A stretch of DNA of 64,000 bases from an uncultured Pseudomonadales bacterium (GTDB taxonomy: Bacteria; Patescibacteriota; Microgenomatia; UBA1400; MFAQ01), in NCBI GenBank assembly GCA_964513845.1, contig CAZENT010000001.1, positions 149,278 to 213,277 of the forward strand, given 5' to 3'. Each line of letters begins with the position of its first letter. The stretch's first letter is position 1. The position numbers were made by a program, and so were the translations under genes. The notes below the pieces were generated by a model that ran no database searches, was not told where the DNA came from, and saw only the letters and a list, made by a program, of their open reading frames with translations. Of this stretch, positions 56,408 to 64,000 are shown piece after piece.

Positions 56408-57517
56408 ATGAAAATAATTGTTCAATCAGGAGAGCTTAAAAAATATCTGGGAATAGTAAGCAGGGGAGTGAGTAGCAGGCCTCAGTTACCAATATTGTCG
56501 GGAGTTCTTCTAAAAGCGGAAAATGATGAGGTGAGTTTAGTGGCAACCGATTTGGAAGTGAGTTTTTGGTTGAGTCTTTCGGCGAAGGTAGAAGAAGAGG
56601 GTGAAGTGGTGGTTCCGGCAAAACTATTTTCTGAGCTGGTTTCAGGTTTTCCTTCCGGCAACGTAATGATAACTGTGGAAAAACACGTGGTAAAAATTGA
56701 AGTTGATGGAATTGTATCGGAAATAGTGGGCCAGGGAGCTGAAGACTTCCCCAGTATCCCCAGAGCAAGTAAGGCTCAAGTAGTTCTTCGAAGCGGAGAC
56801 TTTAGACAAAAAGTGGATAGAGTGTGTGTGAGTGCGGCCAGAGACGACACTCGACCAGTGTTGACTGGAGTACTTTGGGAAATTAATGAAGAAAAAGTGT
56901 CTTTGGTGGCGACTGACGGATATCGATTGTCGGTGGATAAGTTGACTTTGTCAAAAACAGAACTAGAAAAAGAAACGAGATTAATTTTACCTGCAAGATC
57001 TTTGCAAGAAATTTCAAAAATGTTGGGTGAAACCGGTGTTGATGTTTTTTCTTTGGAGTTTAGTAAGGAAAATCAACAAGTCATTTTTAAAGTGGGAGAG
57101 ATTGAGGTAACTTCGAGATTGATTGCAGGCGAGTTCCCGCCTTATCAACAGATTATGCCGAATACTTACTCGTCGAGAGCTGTCTTTGGTAAAGCAGAGA
57201 TACTAGAAGGCGTCAAAAGAGCTAATTTGTTTGCTCGAGATAATGCCAATATTATTAAGTTGCAAATGGAAAAAGATGGTGTGGTGGTTCGAGCTGAGAG
57301 TTCTCAGATTGGTACAAGTGTAAGTAAGGTAGAGGCAGTGGTTGAGGGTGAAGAATTAACAGTGGCGTTTAACGCAAGATATTTACTGGATTATCTGGCC
57401 AGCAGTACTTCGGAAAAAGTAGTATGGGAAACAGAGGGAGAACTGAAACCCAGTGTTTTTCGTAACGAAGATGAAGAAACTTGGGTGCAGGTGGTAATGC
57501 CTGTTAGGGTGCAGTAA
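56408..57517 (+). CDS. dnaN: DNA polymerase III beta sliding clamp
   Basis: 'PILSGVLL', 'ATDLE', 'RPVLTG', 'VATDGYRL', 'SRLI.G.FP.Y', 'FNARYL', 'VMPVR'. Confidence 0.97.
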   Translation: MKIIVQSGELKKYLGIVSRGVSSRPQLPILSGVLLKAENDEVSLVATDLEVSFWLSLSAKVEEEGEVVVPAKLFSELVSGFPSGNVMITVEKHVVKIEVDGIVSEIVGQGAEDFPSIPRASKAQVVLRSGDFRQKVDRVCVSAARDDTRPVLTGVLWEINEEKVSLVATDGYRLSVDKLTLSKTELEKETRLILPARSLQEISKMLGETGVDVFSLEFSKENQQVIFKVGEIEVTSRLIAGEFPPYQQIMPNTYSSRAVFGKAEILEGVKRANLFARDNANIIKLQMEKDGVVVRAESSQIGTSVSKVEAVVEGEELTVAFNARYLLDYLASSTSEKVVWETEGELKPSVFRNEDEETWVQVVMPVRVQ

Positions 57518-57971
57518 TCCAGTCGACTCTTACAAATTCAAGATCTTTTTCTGAAATATCGAAATAGTTTAGCCATGAAAATAAGTTTTCTCTGTTTTCT
57601 TTTACAGGAGTTTCGATTGTAATTGTGTATGTGGCGTTTGAATAATCGTATTCAATTTGGAATCCTGTTTCGATTATCGGAGAATTTTTACGAATAAAAG
57701 ATAAATTTTTGTCGATTCTAGCTTTGTCGGTTTTACTATAATCTTCTAAATTTTTTTTAAATTGTGTATTCCATTCTTCTGTTGACTCAACTGGGTTTAT
57801 CGGAGGTAAGACAATTGAAGCGCTTGGAGTTGATATTTCCGGAATGCTTTTTGTTATTTTTTTTGATAATGAAATAGAGTCAATGATTTGAATTATGAGG
57901 AAAAGAATAACAATCAATAATATTCCTCCCAGTATTTGATATTTTTTTGAAATATTTATTTTCATAGACAT
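57504..57971 (-). CDS. Hypothetical single-TM protein, last gene of the T4SS-like cluster
   Basis: N-terminal TM; AT-rich; follows the C39-domain gene by 5 nt. Confidence 0.65.
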   Translation of the reverse strand: MSMKINISKKYQILGGILLIVILFLIIQIIDSISLSKKITKSIPEISTPSASIVLPPINPVESTEEWNTQFKKNLEDYSKTDKARIDKNLSFIRKNSPIIETGFQIEYDYSNATYTITIETPVKENRENLFSWLNYFDISEKDLEFVRVDWITAP

Positions 57972-57976
57972 TTATA

Positions 57977-60721
57977 TTATGGAACAACTGCCCACATTCG
58001 GAATAGTTTGTATGATGTATCAAGAGTGTGAATATAGTTTTCACCCATCCATGGATCCATAGTGGTTATTTGATTTCCTTCGTGGGCGACGATGACCAGA
58101 AGATGCCCACACCATCCTCCACCACAAGCCATATCACCTGTTGCTAAAATCATGCCACAGTTCGAGAGAACGCTGTCAGCTTCGGCAAGATCTGATCCGA
58201 TATCGGTAACTGAAAGTCCACTTTCGGAAAGAATTTTTAAAGAGTTAAAATTGTCTGACCCACAAGAAACGTAAGGTATTTTGCCATCATAGACACGTGG
58301 TGGAGAATTGCTATCCCAGTAAACATATCCTCCGATTGAGTGTTGCCAATGCCAGACATCAGTAACATTTGAAGTTACACCAAAGCCGTTTAAAATCATG
58401 GTCATAGAAGCACTACTACAACCTGATGACCCAATTCGACAACTGCCAGCTGGTGAACAGTTTTTACAAAAAACGCCTGCCCATTCGGGGTCTCTTTGTG
58501 AAATAAAAATTCCTTCGGTATTAGCACAACCTGTGGCAGAGGTACGAGTTTTTGGAATTGATTCGAGTTGAACAAGAGTAGAAATAAGGGGGGCGACAAC
58601 AATGGAAGAAACATAAAAGAAGAAACCTACAAGTACGCCTAAAACAAGAGTGCCCACAGCAGAACTGGCGGCGGTTGTTGTGGCGGAACCGATTCCGGAA
58701 AAAAATTTGGATACTGCTGAAACAGCACCAACAACAGGAACGATGAGAACATCTCTAGTTTTAATTTTTTCACCATAGACAGAAACAGCTACTTTTTGAA
58801 CGACATTGACAGTTCCTTTTATGACAGAGAGAATAATGTCTCCAACAAGCCAGATTATAGCAGGAATAGCACCAACTCCTGTTGCTGCAAGACCAAATTT
58901 TGCACCAATACTGACTGCCAGTTTGGATAGAGCTTTCCCAAGACCTTTTTTTGTAAGTTCGGTGGCGATTTTCGTTCCGGCTTTAATGGCTGCTTTTCCT
59001 GCCGTAGAAGAAAGAATTTTTTTAACAACATAGTCACCTACTTTTTTGCCAACCCACGATCTAACGGCACCAATAGGATCTTCAACTATTCGAAAAATAT
59101 TGCCAAAAACAACGGGGAATTTGTCAGATATTTTTGAGAAAAATTTTGTGACAGGTTGAGTTAATTTTGTCCAACCAGTGATAATTTTATTAATATTTTT
59201 TCCTATAGGAGTGTTTGCGAATTTTCCAAGCACAACAGGCACTTTGGTGATTTCTTTTCCTAAAGGTGAGTTGGCAATTCTTCTGATCTGAGTGCCGGCT
59301 GCATCAAATAAATCCTTATTGGATTTGAAAAGTTTACCAAGTTCTGATTCGGGATTGTTTTTTGCGTAGAGACGGGCTTTGGCAAGTAAGGTTGGGGTGA
59401 GCCCTTTGCCGTATAAAAGGATAGCTTGGGGAGAAAGATCGGGATCTTGAGTTTTGGAATTAGTTACTAAAGCAGCGGACATCTCGGCTTGATAGCCGGC
59501 GTGAGCATTTAGCTCTCCAGGCATGTTGTGACGAATCGCTGCTTCTAGAAGCGCTGCGTCGTCGAGAGAAGAAAATAGGCGCGGCTGAACACCATTGTTT
59601 TCGAGATTGGAATGAATGGAGATAAAGACATTGTTGGCGAGCTCAATTCGATCGAGAGTGTCAGGGTCTTTTGATAGTCTTGTTTGACTGTCTTTATTAA
59701 ATTCTTGAAAAGCGACAGCTTGATTGTCAACAAAGACATCGAGTTGTTTGGGAAGATTTTCTATTTTTTGAGCAAGTTTTTGATTTGTTTCGGTGAGAGT
59801 TTTAATCTGAATAAGTTTGATTTCCAGATCTACGACTATATTTTGTTTGACTTCTTCTGCGTATTTTAAGAGAATAATTTCGTTTTCAGCAATTTGAGCA
59901 GTTAGGGTGGCTGCTTGTGTGGTTTGAGTATTGACCGCGTCGTAGACAGAGTGAACAAAATTTGAAGAAATTTTAGATAGATTTTTTTGATCTTCGGCTG
60001 ATAAATCTGAGATGTTAATCAATAGTGAGGCGGATTGAATGGCAACATCAATATTGGTAACACAAATGGAGTTTAGCTCCACAGCCTCTTCGATGATTCT
60101 GTTTTGCGCTTCTACAGATAACTTTAAAAAGCTTTCATGAGTAAGAGCAACTTCTCTCACTGCTGCGTAAGAAGCAGCTAAAGCAGTTTTTTTTGAGTCT
60201 GATTTTGGAGAACCAAGCGAGATTAATACTTTATCTGCGTCTTGAAACTTTTCTCCTCTGGCTTGTCTTTTTTGTTTGTTAAGAAGAGCTTTTTGCTTTA
60301 TCTTTGAATGGGCAATAGCTATTTTGACCTGTTCGGCAACCGATCTCTGAGAGTTTGATTTTATCTCTTCGCTTTCGAGAAGGGCTTTGTTTTTCTCGTA
60401 CTCAGCAACTAAAGACTCGAGTTCTGGGGGAATGGAGGCTTCGGGTTTTGTTTCCTCTTCTTCGTTAAGAGAATTGAGTTTAATTATTAGCTTTTCGATT
60501 TCACCTGAGCCGGCAATATATTTTTGAAAAGAGTAGACGTCGATTATTCTAGGATCAATACGATCATCAGGGAAAAATTTAGGCCAGTATCCTTCATACA
60601 ACGAATAAGCTTTGTTTAGAATTTTTAAAATTCTAGAATTTAGTTTGTCTTCTGAAACAGCCAAATACGAAAGAGAGTTCTTTAGATCCTTAATGTCTTG
60701 CGAATAATCATTTTTTGCCAT
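57977..60721 (-). CDS. Large coiled-coil/TM protein with C-terminal papain-like C39-type peptidase domain
   Basis: 'SQRDPEW', 'GCSSASMTMIL', 'GHLLVI', 'MDPW' (Q-C-H-D); Gly/Ala-rich hydrophobic helices; directly after virB4. Confidence 0.75.
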   Translation of the reverse strand: MAKNDYSQDIKDLKNSLSYLAVSEDKLNSRILKILNKAYSLYEGYWPKFFPDDRIDPRIIDVYSFQKYIAGSGEIEKLIIKLNSLNEEEETKPEASIPPELESLVAEYEKNKALLESEEIKSNSQRSVAEQVKIAIAHSKIKQKALLNKQKRQARGEKFQDADKVLISLGSPKSDSKKTALAASYAAVREVALTHESFLKLSVEAQNRIIEEAVELNSICVTNIDVAIQSASLLINISDLSAEDQKNLSKISSNFVHSVYDAVNTQTTQAATLTAQIAENEIILLKYAEEVKQNIVVDLEIKLIQIKTLTETNQKLAQKIENLPKQLDVFVDNQAVAFQEFNKDSQTRLSKDPDTLDRIELANNVFISIHSNLENNGVQPRLFSSLDDAALLEAAIRHNMPGELNAHAGYQAEMSAALVTNSKTQDPDLSPQAILLYGKGLTPTLLAKARLYAKNNPESELGKLFKSNKDLFDAAGTQIRRIANSPLGKEITKVPVVLGKFANTPIGKNINKIITGWTKLTQPVTKFFSKISDKFPVVFGNIFRIVEDPIGAVRSWVGKKVGDYVVKKILSSTAGKAAIKAGTKIATELTKKGLGKALSKLAVSIGAKFGLAATGVGAIPAIIWLVGDIILSVIKGTVNVVQKVAVSVYGEKIKTRDVLIVPVVGAVSAVSKFFSGIGSATTTAASSAVGTLVLGVLVGFFFYVSSIVVAPLISTLVQLESIPKTRTSATGCANTEGIFISQRDPEWAGVFCKNCSPAGSCRIGSSGCSSASMTMILNGFGVTSNVTDVWHWQHSIGGYVYWDSNSPPRVYDGKIPYVSCGSDNFNSLKILSESGLSVTDIGSDLAEADSVLSNCGMILATGDMACGGGWCGHLLVIVAHEGNQITTMDPWMGENYIHTLDTSYKLFRMWAVVP

Positions 60722-60726
60722 ATCAG

Positions 60727-62574
60727 TTACAAAGATTCTGCTTGTTGTTTGCGTGCTTCGAGTACTTCTGAAGGCTTGGTAGTGGAAAGAGCGTGTTCGT
60801 CTGGGGAGGAGATTACTTTGATGGCAACATGATTTTGTCCGGCAAAGAAAATACCTTCTCCGACACCGGCTGAAACTAAAAGTTGTTTTTCTCCTTGGGA
60901 GAGATAGAAAACTTCGGCTATTTGATTGATAGCGGCTGAAGATTGTTTGAGAAGGAATTTGAGGGCAGAGTTGGTAATGATGGCTTTACCATAGGGAGAG
61001 GCTAAAAAGTCGTCAACGTTTTGAGAGATGACAGTAACACCAAGATAGTATTTACGGGCACGCTTGACAAAACCTTGGAGAATCTTGGCAGAGTCTTCGT
61101 AGCGCATAAGATACCAGGCCTCATCTACAATGAGCATGCGTTTACGAAGATTTTTGCGTATTTCTGTCCAGACAAAGTCAAGAATCATAAACATAACGAT
61201 AGGACGAATCTCATCAGCAAGATCGCGCATGGAAAAAACTGTAATAGGAGCATCGATATCGATATTTGATTGCTGATCGAAAGTGCCTTTGATACCGCCC
61301 ATGACGTATCGCTCTAGTCTGGCAGCTAGTACCTTGGCTGTTTGATCTTCCATACCGATGATGGCACGGTAAAGATCTTCCATACGAGGAGGTTCTTGGG
61401 TGTGTGTGGCAGGATCATCAGTGATGTTTTTCTGACGATAGGTGAGAACGAGGGCGCGATTCATGGTGGCCTCTTCCATGGGGGACATGGCACCAATCAT
61501 GATTTTAAGTAAGGAAATGAGGAAAAGATATTTGTAGCCCATTTCATCTTCAGTGCTTTCTAAAGGCCTCGCAATTTGAAACGGATTAATTTTGTGGGGA
61601 GAGTTGGCAGAAAAAGAAATGTAGTTTCCGCCTACGGCTTTGGTGACCATTTCATATTCGTTTTCCGGATCGAGAATGATGATTTGGGTGTCAAACATTA
61701 AAGAGCGAAGAATTTCTAGCTTAACGGCATAGGACTTACCGGCACCGGCTGTGGCCAGAACGAGCATGTTGGCGTTTTCGAGAGAGAAACGATCGAAAAT
61801 AATGAGAGAGTCGTTGTGAGCATTGATTCCGTAAAGAATACCTTGGTTGTCTGAAAGTTCGGAGCTAGTGAAGGGAAAGGTGGTGGATAGAGCAGTTGTG
61901 TCCATGTTTCTTGTGATCATCAGCTTGTCTTTGCAGTATGGAAGAGTAGTTTTGAAGGCATCCTCCATAGAGAGTGAGGCGACTTTGCTGATAATGAGCA
62001 GAGAAGCGAGCATGCTTTGAACCTGAGAAGTGACAGTGTTGAGCTCTTTTTCGGACTCGGCAGAGATACTGATGTAAAGAGAAAACTGGAAAAAGCGTTC
62101 GGCACCTTTGACTAGCTGTGCCTGAAGTGTTTTAGCGTCTTCTAAAGCCGCTTCGGTGGCGGCTTGGGGAATACGACCTCTTTCGATGTCAGTGTTAATC
62201 TCGGCTTCCATTTCGGCCAGGCGACGCCTGAGGCTATCAAGAGTGTCTTTGGAGTCACTAGGATAGATGTACATGGAGATATCAAGAGAGTGATTGAAGT
62301 TTACGAGAGGAGCAAGCCAGTTGGCGGAAACATAACGAGGGTAACCAGTGACAAAAAGAGTGCGAATGTAGTTGTCGTCAATCTTGATAAAAGAAAAATC
62401 AACTTCGATGGAGGAGGGAGCTAAAACATCTTGAATTGAAGCGGCGTTGGTAGTGTCTTTGATGGCCGAAAGAGGAGCTCTGGGCTTTTCTTCAGTTGAT
62501 GTGACAGGAGCCGCCGAGACAACGGGTGGTGTTTCGGTCTTTTTGGCACCAAGAGAAAAGAGATTTAACCCCAT
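60727..62574 (-). CDS. virB4: VirB4-like type IV secretion ATPase
   Basis: 'YGIN', Walker A 'ATAGAGKS', 'DPENEY', Walker B 'IVDEAW', 'RARKY'. Confidence 0.9.
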   Translation of the reverse strand: MGLNLFSLGAKKTETPPVVSAAPVTSTEEKPRAPLSAIKDTTNAASIQDVLAPSSIEVDFSFIKIDDNYIRTLFVTGYPRYVSANWLAPLVNFNHSLDISMYIYPSDSKDTLDSLRRRLAEMEAEINTDIERGRIPQAATEAALEDAKTLQAQLVKGAERFFQFSLYISISAESEKELNTVTSQVQSMLASLLIISKVASLSMEDAFKTTLPYCKDKLMITRNMDTTALSTTFPFTSSELSDNQGILYGINAHNDSLIIFDRFSLENANMLVLATAGAGKSYAVKLEILRSLMFDTQIIILDPENEYEMVTKAVGGNYISFSANSPHKINPFQIARPLESTEDEMGYKYLFLISLLKIMIGAMSPMEEATMNRALVLTYRQKNITDDPATHTQEPPRMEDLYRAIIGMEDQTAKVLAARLERYVMGGIKGTFDQQSNIDIDAPITVFSMRDLADEIRPIVMFMILDFVWTEIRKNLRKRMLIVDEAWYLMRYEDSAKILQGFVKRARKYYLGVTVISQNVDDFLASPYGKAIITNSALKFLLKQSSAAINQIAEVFYLSQGEKQLLVSAGVGEGIFFAGQNHVAIKVISSPDEHALSTTKPSEVLEARKQQAESL

Positions 62575-62597
62575 GATTAAGTATAACCGAAAAGGGG

Positions 62598-63254
62598 TTA
62601 TTTAGGGATTAAAGAAGGGTTGATTTGAGCTGGGCTGAGTGTGGTTGAGCCTTGGTTGTAGATAGTGTAGAAAAAAGTAACAAGATCGCTGGTTGTTAGT
62701 TGGGAAGCTTTGAGCCCTAAACGAGCAAACTGTCGAATTAAATGATCGCGACGAGGATAGAGAACAGTAGAAGCTTTTTCTTCGATATACACCAGGTCAA
62801 AAGGAGGTTTTTGAGGAGCTTTGGCAAAAGGATTGAAGTTGGATTTGGACAGGCCAAGTTCGATAGCTGAAAAAGGAATAATCACATAAAACTTTTTTTC
62901 CAAAACACGGTTTTCTTTGACAAGGGATTTGACAAACTGGCGATAAGCCAGAAGCTGTTCCTTAATTTTTTGGGAAGAGACAGACTGAATACGGGTATCG
63001 ATGAGATTGAGGTAGTCGGAAATATTTTTTCTCTGGGAACGGATAAGGATTTGAACAGGGAAAGAAAGAGAGTTTAGAAGGCCAGCGTAGGCATAAATCG
63101 TAGCATCTTGTTCCTCTTCTGAGAGAAGATTGAAGTTGATGGCGGTGGTTTTGAGAACCAAGGCGGCTGAACCATCTTTGAGAAAAACGAGATGATCTTT
63201 GATGGCATAGATATCGAGATGTTCTTGGGTAGAGGCTTTGATGTTGTCGGGCAT
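62598..63254 (-). CDS. VirB4-associated T4SS protein (TraC/VirB4 N-terminal-like)
   Basis: 'STQEHLDI', 'INFNLLSEEEQDA', 'LNSLSFPVQI', 'KFYVIIP'; between prgI-like gene and virB4. Confidence 0.7.
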   Translation of the reverse strand: MPDNIKASTQEHLDIYAIKDHLVFLKDGSAALVLKTTAINFNLLSEEEQDATIYAYAGLLNSLSFPVQILIRSQRKNISDYLNLIDTRIQSVSSQKIKEQLLAYRQFVKSLVKENRVLEKKFYVIIPFSAIELGLSKSNFNPFAKAPQKPPFDLVYIEEKASTVLYPRRDHLIRQFARLGLKASQLTTSDLVTFFYTIYNQGSTTLSPAQINPSLIPK

Positions 63255-63259
63255 TTTCT

Positions 63260-64000
63260 TTATTGAGCTTGGATTTTAAGAGGTTTGACAATGTCTCCGG
63301 TAAGTTCGAGAGAGTAAGGAGCAAAGGAAAAGCCTTCTTTTTCGGCGAGAATTTGGAAAAGACCAGAGTCAAGAGGCCTGGCGAACATAAACTGCCCAAG
63401 TTTGTTGCTCTTGGTGGCACGAAGAGTGAGATTGTCTTTTTTGATTTCCACCATAACGCTGTCGAGGATATGTCCTGAAGGGGTGAGAGTCAAACCAACA
63501 AGAGTGTTGGGCGTGGTAGGAGTAAAAGGAATGGGGAGGTTGGTGGTGGGAGCCGGAGCTTGGGCAACAGGGGCTGTTTGAATAGCTGGAGCCGGCTCGG
63601 GTGGGGCAATTGGAGTAGTAATGGGTTCTGGTGAAGGAGTTGGTTGAGTAGCCGAAGGAATTTCTTGGGGTGGAGTTTGAGCCGGAGCTTGGGCAACAGG
63701 GGCTGTTTGAATAGCTGGAGCAGCGGGCTGGTCCGGAGTAACCGTTTTTGAGGCTTCGGTAATCTCGATACGAGCATTGGTGACGGGCTGAGCGATTGCT
63801 AGATTATTTTCTTTTGTGGGGACGGCAGTTTCGGTGCTTGATGGGCTGGCGACAGTTCTTTTCCAAGAATATTGGGTGGGTGAGTAGATAGATTTGATGA
63901 AAGCGATTAGCCAGACATCAAGAGAGCGACCTTGAACGGGAACGAAGGCTATGCCAACACCAAGTAGAAGGAAGGCAAAGACGATGGGGTATTTGAAGAA
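63260..64000 (-). CDS. PrgI/VirB3-family protein with Pro/Ala linker and C-terminal carboxypeptidase-regulatory-like domain; 5'-truncated by window end
   Basis: Frame of 63260-63493 is open to 64000: 'FFKYPIVFAFLLLGVGIAFVPVQGRSLDVWLIAFIKSIYSPTQYSWKR'. Confidence 0.8.
   Translation of the reverse strand, partial: FFKYPIVFAFLLLGVGIAFVPVQGRSLDVWLIAFIKSIYSPTQYSWKRTVASPSSTETAVPTKENNLAIAQPVTNARIEITEASKTVTPDQPAAPAIQTAPVAQAPAQTPPQEIPSATQPTPSPEPITTPIAPPEPAPAIQTAPVAQAPAPTTNLPIPFTPTTPNTLVGLTLTPSGHILDSVMVEIKKDNLTLRATKSNKLGQFMFARPLDSGLFQILAEKEGFSFAPYSLELTGDIVKPLKIQAQ
63550..63721. repeat. Exact 43-bp direct repeat (63550-63592 and 63679-63721) in the PrgI linker
   Basis: GAGCCGGAGCTTGGGCAACAGGGGCTGTTTGAATAGCTGGAGC twice, encoding APAIQTAPVAQAPA. 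Confidence 0.9.

Noticed and set aside
63490-63777. Separate 95-aa ORF, or a frameshift in the prgI-like gene
   Set aside because: The frame ending at 63260 is open to the window end; the 95-aa ORF is an alternate frame of the Pro-rich linker

Overview
Core chromosomal region of a Patescibacteria (CPR) bacterium, probably Microgenomates-like (inferred from gene content: DUF2298, FemAB pair, CxxC-x17-CxxC, DUF4012, PrgI/VirB4/VirD4 monoderm-type T4SS genes, free-standing LAGLIDADG gene). Standard code 11. It contains the jag-yidC-yidD-rnpA-rpmH / dnaA-oriC-dnaN locus, groESL with CIRCE, valS with a T-box, metG, tsaD, rplY, gap/pgk/tpiA, DNA-repair and cell-envelope genes and tRNA-Cys. No CRISPR, rRNA, prophage or intact transposase was seen. 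Best leads: (1) a MerR/CueR-type autoregulated operon with an unannotated 20-aa, 7-Cys metallothionein-like peptide; (2) G/C strand asymmetry that appears not to flip at a canonical-looking oriC (hand counts only); (3) a 70-bp two-arm element with an identical 39-nt hairpin spacer present twice, 13 kb apart; (4) a ~170-nt highly base-paired intergenic RNA candidate; (5) a VirD4-like ATPase fused to an RppH-like Nudix domain; (6) REP/RPE-like palindromes, some read in frame inside proteins. All calls come from motif recognition by eye; no database search or folding program was run.
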